From Candidatus Aenigmatarchaeota archaeon (GTDB lineage: Archaea; Aenigmatarchaeota; Aenigmatarchaeia; CG10238-14), in NCBI GenBank assembly GCA_030018415.1, contig JASEGC010000001.1:535033-599032 (forward strand): a stretch of 64,000 bases of DNA, read 5' to 3'. The notes beneath the pieces were generated by a model. The model made no database searches and was not told where the DNA came from. It saw only the letters and a program-made list of their open reading frames with translations. This document shows, piece after piece, positions 49,056-57,788 of this stretch (position 1 is its first letter; each line of letters opens with the position of its first letter). A program made the position numbers and the translations under genes.

Positions 49056-49554
49056 TCTTTATCTCGAAAGTGCAGACTTTGTTGCCCATAGCGATACAAC
49101 TCGTTTCTTTAGCTTCAACCTTTTTCCCGCTAGTCTTTTCGATGAAGTTCTTGAACATACCAACGATGATATGACAGACTGGTTCTTTCTGCATCCCATA
49201 CTTCTCCGCGTATAGCTTGGCGAAATTATTCTTCCCTATCTTCAAGATTGTTTTATCTTTTGTTATATCCACGACTTCAACTTTACCGAAGCCGCTCATG
49301 TCGAACAAGTTAGTCCATAAGTTTGATATCTTTTTCTCTTCTATCGCAAATCTTTTCTTGAAGTGAGAGATTATGGATTCTGAGATAAGATAACCGAGTC
49401 TTTCCATCAATTTTTTATCTGTTATTTCCTTCTGGAATTCTACTAAGCTTGGTAAAGGTTGCATGCTGAAGTTCAAGTCGAATATGTCTATTCCTTCCTC
49501 AGTGAAAGAGGCTTGTCTAGTAGTTAGAAGCTTTGATAAGAATGCAGAGATCAT
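49045..49554 (-). CDS. V4R (4-vinyl reductase) domain protein
   Basis: 169 aa. The C-terminal pattern EPVCHIIVGMFKNFIEKTSGKKVEAKETSCIAMGNKVCTFEI is the C...G..G......E..C...G...C.F signature of V4R. Confidence 0.65.
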   Translation of the reverse strand: MISAFLSKLLTTRQASFTEEGIDIFDLNFSMQPLPSLVEFQKEITDKKLMERLGYLISESIISHFKKRFAIEEKKISNLWTNLFDMSGFGKVEVVDITKDKTILKIGKNNFAKLYAEKYGMQKEPVCHIIVGMFKNFIEKTSGKKVEAKETSCIAMGNKVCTFEIKTIQ

Positions 49555-50030
49555 TCTGATACCAGACCTCTTATCTTCGTTAATTTAGTCCATTTTTCAT
49601 AGGTTAATGGTTCTTCTTTTTCTGAGTTGACTTCGATTAAATTCTTGAGAATCATCTTGACTTTTTCTTCTTTTACAGTTTCATCTATGACTTTTTCTAA
49701 TGCTCTGGCGAAAGCTTTGGCTCTATCTAACTCGATGAAATGACCTATTAATGCTGCTGGCGGTTGATACATGATCTCCAGAAAACCACCTTTTGGGAAT
49801 AAAAATCTTTTGTAGAATTTTTCACCTATTATGTCTTCACCGATAAAACTGAATTCTTCTTTGAACTGCTTTTCAAGTCTTGTTACAAATTTAAACAGTT
49901 CTTCTTCTGATTTTTTTGATACATGATCAAGCTCTTTTAATTCTCCTGGTTTGGTCTTGGTTAATTTAAATTCGAACGGCAATGCTTCAGGTAAATCGAT
50001 TAGGACTACATACGTGTGTTTAGATTTCAA
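49551..50030 (-). CDS. Hypothetical protein, coupled to the V4R gene
   Basis: 159 aa with a 4-nt overlap with the V4R gene and no recognisable motif. Confidence 0.4.
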   Translation of the reverse strand: MKSKHTYVVLIDLPEALPFEFKLTKTKPGELKELDHVSKKSEEELFKFVTRLEKQFKEEFSFIGEDIIGEKFYKRFLFPKGGFLEIMYQPPAALIGHFIELDRAKAFARALEKVIDETVKEEKVKMILKNLIEVNSEKEEPLTYEKWTKLTKIRGLVSE

Positions 50031-50093
50031 GTTAACACCTAAAGAAATAATAGTTTTCTTAATATTTCAATTTACTGAAAATATGATATGGTA

Positions 50094-51530
50094 TTATCTC
50101 TCAATGGAGACCCATCTTGTAATCAAATCTCTAAGGCCATATGATCCATCGTGAGGTATACCAACCCCAGGAACACCCATTTTACCTACTTGTCTTATAT
50201 TTGTAGCTCCTATTCTTCCCATTTCATCCGAAAACCTCAGCAGTCTATCTTCATACAATGCCACACCTATAGTTTGTAAGTACTCTGCAATTGGCATCAC
50301 CAACCCTCTTACTTCACTAACATCATCAACCGGTTTAACTCTAACAAATCTATAAGAACACGAAGGTTCAAACTCCTCCTTTTCATCGTAAATTACTGTC
50401 CAGTCTGTACTTCTCTGAGAGCAAAATATTTTAACATTATCTTTAAATTCATACGTGCCTCTAAGTTGTTGGATTTCAGAAGATTTACCAACATTTATTT
50501 TTCCTCTTGGCAATTTCTGGTTAACTTTTTCCATTTCTTCTGCTAAAAACTCTGCAAACTTTTCTGGACTTATATTGCCATTTTTTTCTACATACCAAAG
50601 CTGAGGAGATAAACAGCCTTGTTGATCGTATAATGATGTATCGAGAGCTGCCAATTCTGCAACCTCTCTTGCTGTTGATTCATCAATTAAATACTCTTTT
50701 CCAATCACACCAAAACTCATTTTATGACCATAAGGAATAAGTTTGGTTTTGTGTGGTATCCTTTTTTTAATACTCTCTATTGTTTTCACGCCACCATAGG
50801 CGACGACTACATCCGCTTCAGCGAAAGCTACATTTTCTACGGATTCATCGCCCCCCTTCCAATAAGTAAGAGCAATAGAATTTGCTATTTCCTCATCTAC
50901 ATCTCTTATGGATTTGACGAATAGATTTGCAAAATATGGCTCTTCTGATGCGACTTTTCCTAACTGAGCCGATTTAACTAACAGGCCCCTAGTTAAACTG
51001 ACAATAGGCAAAGCTGGCACATTTCCTGAAAATATATTTACTATAAATTCAGGGCCATATGCTCTAACTAAGTAATCACAACCCCTTTTTGGTATAAATT
51101 CATCGAGACATTTTGGATCGTTATCCAATTCAGCCCATAGCATTCGAGTTAAGTTACTTTTATTATCTTTACGTTTAAACATCTCAAGAACACCATTAAT
51201 ACTAACTTCTATCATTTGTGGAGAAAATCGAGTTATTTTCGGTAATACAGCTAAAGCCTTTTTCCTTAACTCATAATTTCTATCTTCCCAATTCGATCCA
51301 ACTTGGTCTAGAACTTCAACAATTTCACCTACAGATCTTTTCGATAAATTTTGTTTTCTTGATTCCTTTACAGAAATAATTACTTTCTTTAAAACTTCTG
51401 GTGTCATTATGGGAACTCTTACTGATACTTCTTCTTTGTCTCCATAAACCACTTCTTCGTATTTAACTTCTGATTCAGAAATACCGGGTAGAAAAAAAGC
51501 ATCAAAAGTATATTTTAGCGTAGATACCAT
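50094..51530 (-). CDS. LuxC-like acyl-CoA/acyl-protein reductase family protein
   Basis: 478 aa. The segments NIFSGNVPALPIVSLTRGLLVKSAQLGKVASEEP......ALTYWKGGDE ... YGHKMSFGVI ... DQQGCLSPQ match the LuxC (ALDH-like) family pattern. Confidence 0.75.
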   Translation of the reverse strand: MVSTLKYTFDAFFLPGISESEVKYEEVVYGDKEEVSVRVPIMTPEVLKKVIISVKESRKQNLSKRSVGEIVEVLDQVGSNWEDRNYELRKKALAVLPKITRFSPQMIEVSINGVLEMFKRKDNKSNLTRMLWAELDNDPKCLDEFIPKRGCDYLVRAYGPEFIVNIFSGNVPALPIVSLTRGLLVKSAQLGKVASEEPYFANLFVKSIRDVDEEIANSIALTYWKGGDESVENVAFAEADVVVAYGGVKTIESIKKRIPHKTKLIPYGHKMSFGVIGKEYLIDESTAREVAELAALDTSLYDQQGCLSPQLWYVEKNGNISPEKFAEFLAEEMEKVNQKLPRGKINVGKSSEIQQLRGTYEFKDNVKIFCSQRSTDWTVIYDEKEEFEPSCSYRFVRVKPVDDVSEVRGLVMPIAEYLQTIGVALYEDRLLRFSDEMGRIGATNIRQVGKMGVPGVGIPHDGSYGLRDLITRWVSIER

Positions 51531-51536
51531 TTTTAT

Positions 51537-52694
51537 CTACTTCTGTACAATCACAAATTCATTGTAATCTAAGGAGCAGCCACGAGGTTCACCACCCTTA
51601 ACTCTTCCGATAATCTCAAAACCACTACCTACTTCGTAGCCTAAATCATCTGTTTGCACTGCCATCACGCTACTTCTGTTCGCTAGATCATAATGTCTCA
51701 AAAGTCCAATTTTTCCTTTTGGTAATCTTTCTAGAGTCTCAGGGTCTACTGCTATTGTTCGTGTCCATGGATGATTTGGTTTGTATCTGAGTTCTGATTT
51801 ACCTTCAAGGCTATTTAGTAAAGTATTATCGAAAAATTGTGTTGCGTTTTCTGTTAGGCCCAATAAATTAACACAATATGCCTCATGAATTCCAGTTGTT
51901 TCTTTCAAACTAGAATACAATTCCTCTTTCGTTAATTCTCTTGATTTGCCTTTGTATCCTCCACCATCAAGTGACCTACTACCTTTGGGGAGATTAAACT
52001 TCAAACCAATATTTTTACACTGATCGAGAAAGTGTACGCAACCAAAAGAAGAACTTACGATAGCTACTGGTTCACCTGTTTTTTCAGATTCTTTAAGTAG
52101 TTCAACAAACCGTCTACCATTTACATCTATACCACGTTCGCCAACTCTTGCTAGATATTCACTATTTTCGGTTCCAAAATTCTCGACCCACTCACCTATT
52201 CCTACTGCCATAGACATATCGTAAGGCATCGTTTCGGGTGGCGGTGAAAGAGCAAGAATTTTCATTTTATCAACATCAGGAAAGAAATAATGTTTAGCTG
52301 TTACATAAACACTTCTGCGCCAAAAATGCATACCAACCGCATCAATATAATGTAACCCTCTCTTCCCAGGGTTTTTAGTCCCACTAGTCATAAATTTTCT
52401 TTCAGCCCTTTCAACTGGAAAACATGTCAAGGGAATATCTTTAAATACATCAGCTACTACTCCAGGGATTTCTTCCCACGAAGTAATATTATCAGGGTTT
52501 ATACCTTTCCTTTGAATGTATTTTTGTAGAGGTTTATTAGCACTATATTGAAATTGGAACAATCTTATGGCCATGTCATTAAATTCAGATTCACTTACAC
52601 CTCTTTCATAACCATGTTCAATTGCTTCAAGAATATCTTCATCTAATTTTCTTATAAATTCAGAATCAATACCACTCATTTCATACACCTCCAT
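51537..52694 (-). CDS. LuxE-like acyl-protein synthetase (adenylate-forming) family protein
   Basis: 385 aa. The segments LFQFQYSANKPLQKYIQ......I.SWEEIPGV.ADVFKD....F.TSGT are typical of the LuxE family. Confidence 0.72.
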   Translation of the reverse strand: MEVYEMSGIDSEFIRKLDEDILEAIEHGYERGVSESEFNDMAIRLFQFQYSANKPLQKYIQRKGINPDNITSWEEIPGVVADVFKDIPLTCFPVERAERKFMTSGTKNPGKRGLHYIDAVGMHFWRRSVYVTAKHYFFPDVDKMKILALSPPPETMPYDMSMAVGIGEWVENFGTENSEYLARVGERGIDVNGRRFVELLKESEKTGEPVAIVSSSFGCVHFLDQCKNIGLKFNLPKGSRSLDGGGYKGKSRELTKEELYSSLKETTGIHEAYCVNLLGLTENATQFFDNTLLNSLEGKSELRYKPNHPWTRTIAVDPETLERLPKGKIGLLRHYDLANRSSVMAVQTDDLGYEVGSGFEIIGRVKGGEPRGCSLDYNEFVIVQK

Positions 52695-52696
52695 AA

Positions 52697-54085
52697 TTAT
52701 TCAGTAACTAATTTATCAGTTATCACTCCTACCGATACTGTGGTCGAATTCGCCATCGGTCCCGATTTTCTGTCAAAGGTAAACTCTCCCATCGACCCAA
52801 AACCTATTATTTGTGTATCTGGATATTTTTTCTTTATCGATTCAATAATTTTTTCTAATTTTTCTTCACCTAATGAAAATATTTTTCTCAACGAACAATC
52901 AAAAATAAATAGAATTTTCGGATCAGCAGTAGCATCATTTTTTGCTCCAATAATGGCATTCTCCTCAGCTTCTACTACTTTTTTAGGATCAATTTCTAGT
53001 TTATTCAATACCATATTTTCAGGAACCTTTTCGACAAATAACAAATTTTTACCTCCTCCTACTCTTAATGGTAATCTGATCGCTATATTACCATGGATGT
53101 CAAAAATTCCAAAGGGATTTGTAGTTACAATACTTAAGAATGGAATTGCTTTGGGGTCCATCTTACCAGAAAAAAATTTAGTTGCCAACTTTGCAAATGG
53201 AGCCATTTTCATCATGATGTCTTCCTTAGGAGTCCATAGTTCATCAACTTTCATCTTGAGTATTTTTGCATAAATTTCTACAGCAGGTCTTCCATCAAGT
53301 TCATGAACAACATAATCTTTTGATTTTGTTACAACACACGTTTCATCTGTCAAAGTGTAGCCATGACCAAATTCAAATCCAGTTCTTAAACCTGTGTATA
53401 TTGCCATTGCAATTGCTGCGTCTTTGTAGACTTTCCCATCTGCAAACTCATAGTTTTTAATAAGTCTAGCGTCATCCCCAGCCGTACCTCCTATGATGGG
53501 AGTTTGTTTTCCTATTACTTCACATACTCCTTCAAGTACCCCATCTTCCATACCATTTACGTCCATTACAAGCCCAGGAGAAAATAACAAAATAAAATAT
53601 GAATACATCCTCATTAACTCAGCAGAGGTTTTCCTTTTTTCGGCAATATAACGTAAATAAGGAGTAACAATTTTTTCTCTTCGAAGATTTTTTACAGCTT
53701 GTTGTGCTGCAGTTCTACCTGCTTTCATAGGATCTTTATGAACCTCATTACCTATCCCAATACCAATTTGTAAGTAATCTGATGAAATTACACAAGCCAC
53801 ACAAGAGTTTTCAGTGGCACCATAATTAGAAATTTCTCCACAAGTAGTACATCCAACCCATGGCGTGTCACCAAAAACTAAATGGGCACCATCAACTAAT
53901 TTCTGAACAGTTTTATCATCTTTTCCGTATTTTCCACCGGAGCAAAAAACCAGACCAAATGTAGGGTTTTTACCACCCTGTTTTTTCATTTCTTGCATAG
54001 CCATCTCAACAGCTTCTTTTCCAGCAGTAAAAGCATCATCAGCTTTACTAATCCCAACCCCAGCAAAAATATTCTTTGGCATCAT
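52697..54085 (-). CDS. FIST-domain (FIST_N + FIST_C) sensory protein
   Basis: 462 aa. The FIST layout is present: ..A.EA...A.......NPTFGLVFCSGG ... PIIGGTAGD ... GFGSMGEF. Confidence 0.7.
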   Translation of the reverse strand: MMPKNIFAGVGISKADDAFTAGKEAVEMAMQEMKKQGGKNPTFGLVFCSGGKYGKDDKTVQKLVDGAHLVFGDTPWVGCTTCGEISNYGATENSCVACVISSDYLQIGIGIGNEVHKDPMKAGRTAAQQAVKNLRREKIVTPYLRYIAEKRKTSAELMRMYSYFILLFSPGLVMDVNGMEDGVLEGVCEVIGKQTPIIGGTAGDDARLIKNYEFADGKVYKDAAIAMAIYTGLRTGFEFGHGYTLTDETCVVTKSKDYVVHELDGRPAVEIYAKILKMKVDELWTPKEDIMMKMAPFAKLATKFFSGKMDPKAIPFLSIVTTNPFGIFDIHGNIAIRLPLRVGGGKNLLFVEKVPENMVLNKLEIDPKKVVEAEENAIIGAKNDATADPKILFIFDCSLRKIFSLGEEKLEKIIESIKKKYPDTQIIGFGSMGEFTFDRKSGPMANSTTVSVGVITDKLVTE

Positions 54086-54339
54086 AACCCTCTCACAAAC
54101 TCATGCACAACTCTAAGCCTTTCTATCTCAGCTGGCCAAGCCACAAGAGCACGATCTATCCTCTTGACTCTTATCCTACCTTCCCTAGCCAGCTGGTCGA
54201 AGTGATATTTAACTTTCGTCACGTTAGATATATTCTCCCTATCCCATCCCAACTCTTCTATCACACCACGAACATAAGTCGGCCATTTAGTAGAAATTAT
54301 CTCAAAAATCTTTTCTCTTAACTCATCTCCTCTTAACAC
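54082..54339 (-). CDS. Small winged-helix DNA-binding protein, first gene of the FIST-LuxE-LuxC operon
   Basis: 85 aa. The wHTH-like pattern is IFEIIS.KWPTYVRGVIEELG......NVTKVKYHFDQLAREGRIRVKR. It overlaps the FIST gene by 4 nt. Confidence 0.5.
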   Translation of the reverse strand: MLRGDELREKIFEIISTKWPTYVRGVIEELGWDRENISNVTKVKYHFDQLAREGRIRVKRIDRALVAWPAEIERLRVVHEFVRGL

Positions 54340-54510
54340 TAACCATCACCATTTTGCAATTATTTTTAAAAGTTCAATTTATTCAATGTCTCTTATACTT
54401 ATTATTTAACGCCATTTATAATAAATCTATCGAATATATTTTAAAAACCAGTTGCAAATTTTTTCCTTTGAAAAATATAAATTAAATACCACTAAAATGA
54501 AAGTGTGTTT

Positions 54511-54672
54511 ATGAAATGCCCAAAGTGTAAAGCAAAGATGGAAAAAGTCGAGCATGATATAGATTTTGGAGTATCTGTGGATAGTTTTACTTGCCTTGAT
54601 TGTATGTTGAACATAACTGATGAGAAAAAATTGGATGAAGCAATGCATAAACTCAGAGAAAAACTGCTCTAA
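54511..54672 (+). CDS. Small zinc-ribbon protein
   Basis: My translation is MKCPKCKAKMEKVEHDIDFGVSVDSFTCLDCMLNITDEKKLDEAMHKLREKLL*, with two CxxC pairs. It is below the ORF-track size cut-off. The antisense track ORF 54427-54648 is judged spurious. Confidence 0.45.
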   Translation: MKCPKCKAKMEKVEHDIDFGVSVDSFTCLDCMLNITDEKKLDEAMHKLREKLL

Positions 54673-54683
54673 GAATCAGAGTT

Positions 54684-54806
54684 GTGAGAATCGGAACTGG
54701 TATTGGAATTAGGTTCCCGAATGAATTGGTAGAAAAAATGAACCTGAAATATGGACAAGAAATTGAGATTATTCCACAGAACGATCAATTGCTGATAAAA
54801 AAATAG
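54684..54806 (+). CDS. AbrB/SpoVT (MazE-like) swapped-hairpin domain peptide
   Basis: The GTG-started sequence (V)RIGTGIGIRFPNELVEKMNLKYGQEIEIIPQNDQLLIKK* fits the AbrB/MazE antitoxin-like fold pattern. It may be fused to the upstream zinc ribbon if a 1-nt shift near the A5 run at about 54660 is an error. Confidence 0.4.
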   Translation: MRIGTGIGIRFPNELVEKMNLKYGQEIEIIPQNDQLLIKK

Positions 54807-54908
54807 ATCATCTCTTCTGGAATAGTATTTCATTGAAGAGAGTTATGTTTTATTAAGAAGGAAATTAAATTTAAGTTAAAGAATATCAAAAAATTATTTG
54901 GTGTTTGA

Positions 54909-55514
54909 ATGATATTCGGTAAAAAGAAAGAAAAGAAGGAAGATGTTTTTAAAGAGAGTTTTGATATACCAATAGGAATCCCAGAAACAAGAGAAGAATT
55001 CAAGCCACTCGGTGAAGAAACAAGACAGGAATTCAAGTCAATGAGTGAAGAGATTTTACCTTTGCCAATGGAAGAAAAGAAAAAAGTCTCTGAACTAAAA
55101 GAGGGTACAGGTAGGATTGAACTAGAAGAACTCTCTCAAAAAGTTGAAAACGAGCTTGGAAAGATTGACAGAAGAATCAAGAGTCTAGAGAAGAAAGCCG
55201 ATGTGATAACTATTGACAGCCAAGAGATCGTAGATTTGATAAGATTGTACGCTGCCACTAACAACAAATTCCAAGAATTCATCGATGAGATGCACAGGCT
55301 AGAAGGGAGAGGATGGGGAATTGATGAAAACATCGCAGCGTTCTACAAATTCAGGATAGGTAAAGCCCTTTCAAACATAAAGAGACAATCCATAAAAGTA
55401 GAGGGAATGTGTGAGAGAGTTGGTTTCACTCCTTCAAAGATAAGAGAAATACTAGATTCCTCGATAGAAGAATTAGTCGATTCACTGATGAGACAGGGAA
55501 GTAGAAGAAGATAG
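54909..55514 (+). CDS. Hypothetical soluble protein (acidic/K-rich N-terminus, helical C-domain)
   Basis: 201-aa ORF with no recognisable motif. Confidence 0.45.
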   Translation: MIFGKKKEKKEDVFKESFDIPIGIPETREEFKPLGEETRQEFKSMSEEILPLPMEEKKKVSELKEGTGRIELEELSQKVENELGKIDRRIKSLEKKADVITIDSQEIVDLIRLYAATNNKFQEFIDEMHRLEGRGWGIDENIAAFYKFRIGKALSNIKRQSIKVEGMCERVGFTPSKIREILDSSIEELVDSLMRQGSRRR

Positions 55515-55524
55515 TTAGCAAAAA

Positions 55525-56688
55525 TCATCTCTTGAACAGAATTTCGATGACATCGTTATTCTTTAGAGTATAGTCTGCTCCAAGTTTTCTTTTTGTTTTT
55601 GCTTCCAATCCACCAATAAATCTTTCTCCTATCTCTGAATGAATGGAAAAGGCAAACTCCTTTAACGTGGTCCCATTCTTCACTAAGAATGCATCGGGCA
55701 AAACATTTCCTTTTTTATCACTCAGTTTGTTTATGTCAGCAACAGGATACACAACGATATAATCGAGAACAGAGAAAACAGCCTTGTTCAAGCATTCTTG
55801 TACTCCAGCTGAGCCATACTTCTTTATCACTTCATTCTTTATGGTTTCCAAGCCTTTCCTCTGTTCTTCGTCTAATCTAGACTGATCAAGAATCTTGAAA
55901 TCATCTCCAGGTAAATATTCTATCAGTCCTTTCTCAGATGCTTTCTTCAACGCAATCTCAGCCTCCGCACTCGTTGGTATTATGAGCAAATCTTTGTACT
56001 TCTCTTTCAACTTCTCAAAATTTTCCTGCGAAGATTTCAAGTCTATTTTATTTGCCGCAATGACGATTGGTTTCGAGATTCTTCTTATCACATTTGCGAA
56101 TCTCTCCACATTCCCAATAGAACTTTTTTCTAGGGCTAAGCTGATATGCTCTTTTGTTATACCAAGCCCACTCAGATTTTCTGTTAACACCTGAATGAGG
56201 TCAGATTTAGATGAAGTAGAGATTCTCGCAAATTTTTCAATCGCTCTCTTAATAACGCCAGCAAACCAAAGATCTATTTCTTTCTCTAGGAATTCAACAT
56301 CAAAACTGGGGTCATAATTTGTGGTAATCTTACCTTCAGCATCCCTTGTTCCTGAGCAGTCGACGATGTGAATCAAAACAGACGCTTGTCTTAAATCGTC
56401 CAAGAATTTGTTGCCTAAACCTCGACCTTCATGCGCCCCAGGTACAAGACCAGCAACGTCTATGAGCTTTACAGGAATAAACCTTTTCCCATCTTTACAA
56501 ATGCTGTTTTGAGGGTTACATTTTACTCCATACTTCTTGCAAACGCAATCAGTTGTGATATAACCTATTCCAACGTTCGGTTCTATCGTGCAGAATGGTA
56601 TTCCAGTTATTTTGACGTCTATCAACGTTGCAGCCTTGAAGAAACTCGATTTTCCACATGAGGGTTTTCCTACCAAGCCTATCTGCAT
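55525..56688 (-). CDS. Obg-like (YchF/DRG-type) GTP-binding protein with C-terminal TGS domain
   Basis: 387 aa with G1 [10 protein letters not shown]3 DVAGLV, G4 NKID and a C-terminal TGS-like segment ..[13 protein letters not shown]. Confidence 0.85.
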   Translation of the reverse strand: MQIGLVGKPSCGKSSFFKAATLIDVKITGIPFCTIEPNVGIGYITTDCVCKKYGVKCNPQNSICKDGKRFIPVKLIDVAGLVPGAHEGRGLGNKFLDDLRQASVLIHIVDCSGTRDAEGKITTNYDPSFDVEFLEKEIDLWFAGVIKRAIEKFARISTSSKSDLIQVLTENLSGLGITKEHISLALEKSSIGNVERFANVIRRISKPIVIAANKIDLKSSQENFEKLKEKYKDLLIIPTSAEAEIALKKASEKGLIEYLPGDDFKILDQSRLDEEQRKGLETIKNEVIKKYGSAGVQECLNKAVFSVLDYIVVYPVADINKLSDKKGNVLPDAFLVKNGTTLKEFAFSIHSEIGERFIGGLEAKTKRKLGADYTLKNNDVIEILFKR

Positions 56689-56727
56689 TCGACCAACAAT
56701 AAAATGTTTTTCAATCTTAAATAAAAG

Positions 56728-57129
56728 TTAAGTTACTTGAGAATAGCCGAAATCAGCTGAAACATCCGGACAATTCGTCTTTATCGTCCCAGAGTTAAAG
56801 CCATCTCTTACTCTAGGTATGTTGAAAGACTTGAGTATATTCCCCTCCAATGTTTTATTGAGTTCGAACGTTTCGATCGCATTAGGATAGAATAAGTATA
56901 ATTTTTCCAGCTTCAAATCGATAGACCTCTGATTTTCAAGAATGAGATAGAGGTTCATGTTGTTCTTGTCGTATCTTCCAGAATAGAATCTGAACGATGC
57001 TGAAGCACAGATTTCTATCGATGTATTCTCGGTTGTATTCAACCTCTGCCTGATAAGGTTACTACCCCATAGAGTGAAAATTCCTGCGATACTCATGATT
57101 ACAGCTGTCAGCATGTAAACAGTTCTCAT
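56728..57129 (-). CDS. N-terminally anchored hypothetical protein
   Basis: 133 aa with a single N-terminal hydrophobic helix (MLTAVIMSIAGIFTLWG). The remainder is predicted to lie outside the cell. Confidence 0.4.
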   Translation of the reverse strand: MRTVYMLTAVIMSIAGIFTLWGSNLIRQRLNTTENTSIEICASASFRFYSGRYDKNNMNLYLILENQRSIDLKLEKLYLFYPNAIETFELNKTLEGNILKSFNIPRVRDGFNSGTIKTNCPDVSADFGYSQVT

Positions 57130-57208
57130 CCGTATACCTTTAGGCTATTATTAATTATTTTCTCGAAACTAAATAAATATTAAAACTTTCAAAATCTAAG
57201 GATTTCTT

Positions 57209-57709
57209 ATGAGATTTCCCATCTGTAGCGTTTGTTTGAAGAGCAACATACTCTGTAACGCTTGTGCGGAGAGGGTAGGGAATGAAGAGATAAAAATCGA
57301 TGAAATAGAGATGTTTAGACGTTTGAACGAGTTCTTGGGCGATCAGAGATCGTTGAGGGATGTAGAGATAAAAAGGGCTGTCGGAAGGAAGATACTCATG
57401 ATCATCGTAAACAAGGGTGATATGTCAAAGTTGATAGGAAAAGACGGCAGGATCGTGAAGAAAATATCCAAAGAATTAGAAAGACCAGTGAGGATAGTAG
57501 AATACATGCCAGATTTGAATGGTTTTATCAGGGAAGTTTTCTTCAACATTCCTGTTATCGGCATAAACATTGTGTACAAACCAGAAGGAAAACTTTATAA
57601 AATCAGGGTGCCAGAATCAGAGAGGACAAATTTGCCCATATCTTCAGAGATATTGGCAAGCATTTCTCGTTCTCTTTTTCATGCAGATGTTGATGTTGTC
57701 TTCGAATAA
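57209..57709 (+). CDS. Zinc-ribbon plus KH-domain RNA-binding protein (archaeal NusA-like)
   Basis: 166 aa with CSVC...CNAC at the N-terminus and the KH GxxG motif LIGKDGRIVKKISKEL. Confidence 0.65.
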   Translation: MRFPICSVCLKSNILCNACAERVGNEEIKIDEIEMFRRLNEFLGDQRSLRDVEIKRAVGRKILMIIVNKGDMSKLIGKDGRIVKKISKELERPVRIVEYMPDLNGFIREVFFNIPVIGINIVYKPEGKLYKIRVPESERTNLPISSEILASISRSLFHADVDVVFE

Positions 57710-57788
57710 TTTTAAATCAATCTCCCAATTTTTATCATGGATCAGATAAAAAATCTTAAGAATCAATGGGATTGTCTAGGGTTATAGA

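Noticed and set aside
52740-53273. 177-aa plus-strand ORF inside the FIST gene
   Set aside because: It is antisense to a gene with a coherent FIST domain layout, has no motifs and shows biased composition.
54427-54648. 73-aa minus-strand ORF from the track
   Set aside because: The opposite strand encodes a clean four-Cys zinc-ribbon peptide with a sensible start. The minus-strand ORF has no features.
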